Origin: Gnetum montanum
Lineage: Eukaryota; Plantae; Gnetophyta
Length of the DNA: 64,000 nucleotides
Assembly: GCA_015680685.1 (NCBI GenBank)
Contig: MNCI01003240.1
Coordinates: forward strand, 285,468-349,467
Reading direction: 5' to 3'
This document shows, in pieces, positions 62,801-64,000 of the stretch (its first letter is position 1; each line of letters opens with the position of its first letter). The position numbers and the translations under genes are program-made. Under the pieces are notes generated by a model, which saw only the letters and a list, made by a program, of their open reading frames with translations, was not told where the DNA came from and did no database searches.

Positions 62801-64000
62801 AATCTCATAAGGACATACCAATTAAGGATGTGCTTGTGCCTGAGGTGGGGGAGCTCTACCCTCTCTTTCGTGCTTGTGCTTTTTTGAAGTTGCTCTCCAA
62901 AGGAAAGATCCTTGGGATGGAGTAGGCATAGATGATGAAAGGGGTACTATTGAAGTGCATGAGGTTCAACTAGGCTACATATATCACCATTGGCTTACAT
63001 GCGAAGATTTCTAGGCTGCAATTTAACACGCAGGTGAGGTCCCATGTCCACTTGGCATTCTTTGCAAGGTACCTATGGAGGTTCATGGATCTCTTGGTCA
63101 TGTGTGATTGTGGGCATTGGATGGTCTAGGACTATGAGTAGTTATCCAAACCATGGATCAAGCATCTATTTATGACCACATGGGCATAGGACCTCCCAGA
63201 GGAGATTGATGAGTCATTATTTGTAATGATTAAAGGTCCCATGTGGCAATCACATTACTTATAGGATAGCATAGGTGAGGGTCCTTCAGTTGGAATTGGG
63301 GACATGAACAAGGTAGACCACTATATTGTAGAGATGGTGGGATCATCTAAGGCAAATATTAAGAGGTCACATCTTGTAGAGAAGACTACCCTTGAGGTGG
63401 GAAAATTGAATGACAAGAAGATCTATATCAAGCTTCAAGGCTTGTGCATAGAGGTTGCATGTTAGTATGCATAACTTGTTAGATGCATTTTTTGTGTTAA
63501 TGTATGTTTATATTTTTATTTTTTCATTTATGCTATGCTATTAACTAGTACTAATGTCCTATGCATATGTGTTGATTGTAGAGACTAGAGAGAAGACTAC
63601 CAGAGCAATGATCAAGGTGGTAGCAGAAGAAGCACCTCCTCAAGCTTGGGAGGGGAAAGCTCATGGAGATGAGCTTCTTGAGGTAATAGATACCCTTCAA
63701 CAATTGGAGGAGGGTTACTTCACCTTGATGGGGGTGATTTTGATTACCTATTTGATGGTGTGTGGCTAGATGAACCCCCTACACTCACGCCTGAGAGCTT
63801 GCTAGGTAAGTCATTTGTGTTTCCATCTATTATTGCATTTTTCTCTAGCATATTTTGTTGTTTAGTTATATGTTGTTTGCATCATTATTTTATAGCATTA
63901 GATGTTCCCTCTAGTGGTCACACCTCTACCTACCACATGGAGCCATGGGTAGACATGCCTAATAAATTTTCCTTCATGGAAGAAATCATTGAGGACATGT
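59842..64000 (+). pseudogene. Antisense multi-exon accessory gene of E, 3' end outside window
   Basis: TATATATAG at ~59744. Intron 60628-61505 (GTGAGT..TGTAG). Exons 61506-61958, 62037-62308, 62402-63460, 63582-63805. Donor GTAAGT at 63806. Confidence 0.75.

Larger units (their letters stand above)
52893..64000 (-). mobile_element. Element E: Tat-group LTR retrotransposon, 3' portion; runs off the window
   Basis: LTR 52893-54466 (ends TGTTTCA), PPT 54467-54479, INT-aRH-RH-RT on the minus strand, then the antisense gene. Confidence 0.9.

Overview
This is plant-type, heavily CG/CHG-decayed heterochromatic DNA made almost entirely of nested, degenerate Ty3/Gypsy LTR retrotransposons. No intact host gene is visible. 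Four related Tat-group elements share TGAAACA LTR starts. A, B and C show a tRNA-Asn PBS, and A, C and E have an extra archaeal-type RNase H between RH and integrase. They are A (+, <1-16563), B (-, 22572-49687, gag-PR only), C (+, 31100-48972, inserted in B's 5' LTR) and E (-, 52893->64000). B and E sit inside an older CRM-like chromovirus D (+, ~19898-52892). The main observation is that A, C and E each carry a >4.6-6 kb insert next to RT (between protease and RT where both are visible). The insert holds a homologous antisense multi-exon gene with conserved spliceosomal intron positions. One exon encodes an FCP1/NIF-like HAD phosphatase domain lacking the catalytic aspartates, followed by a transposon-protein-like domain and a coiled coil. 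Each element also has its own short ACGCT-core motif arrayed in its LTRs and around that gene, reminiscent of a sequence-specific anti-silencing system. All protein assignments are manual motif recognition without database searches, and coordinates are approximate unless a signal is quoted.
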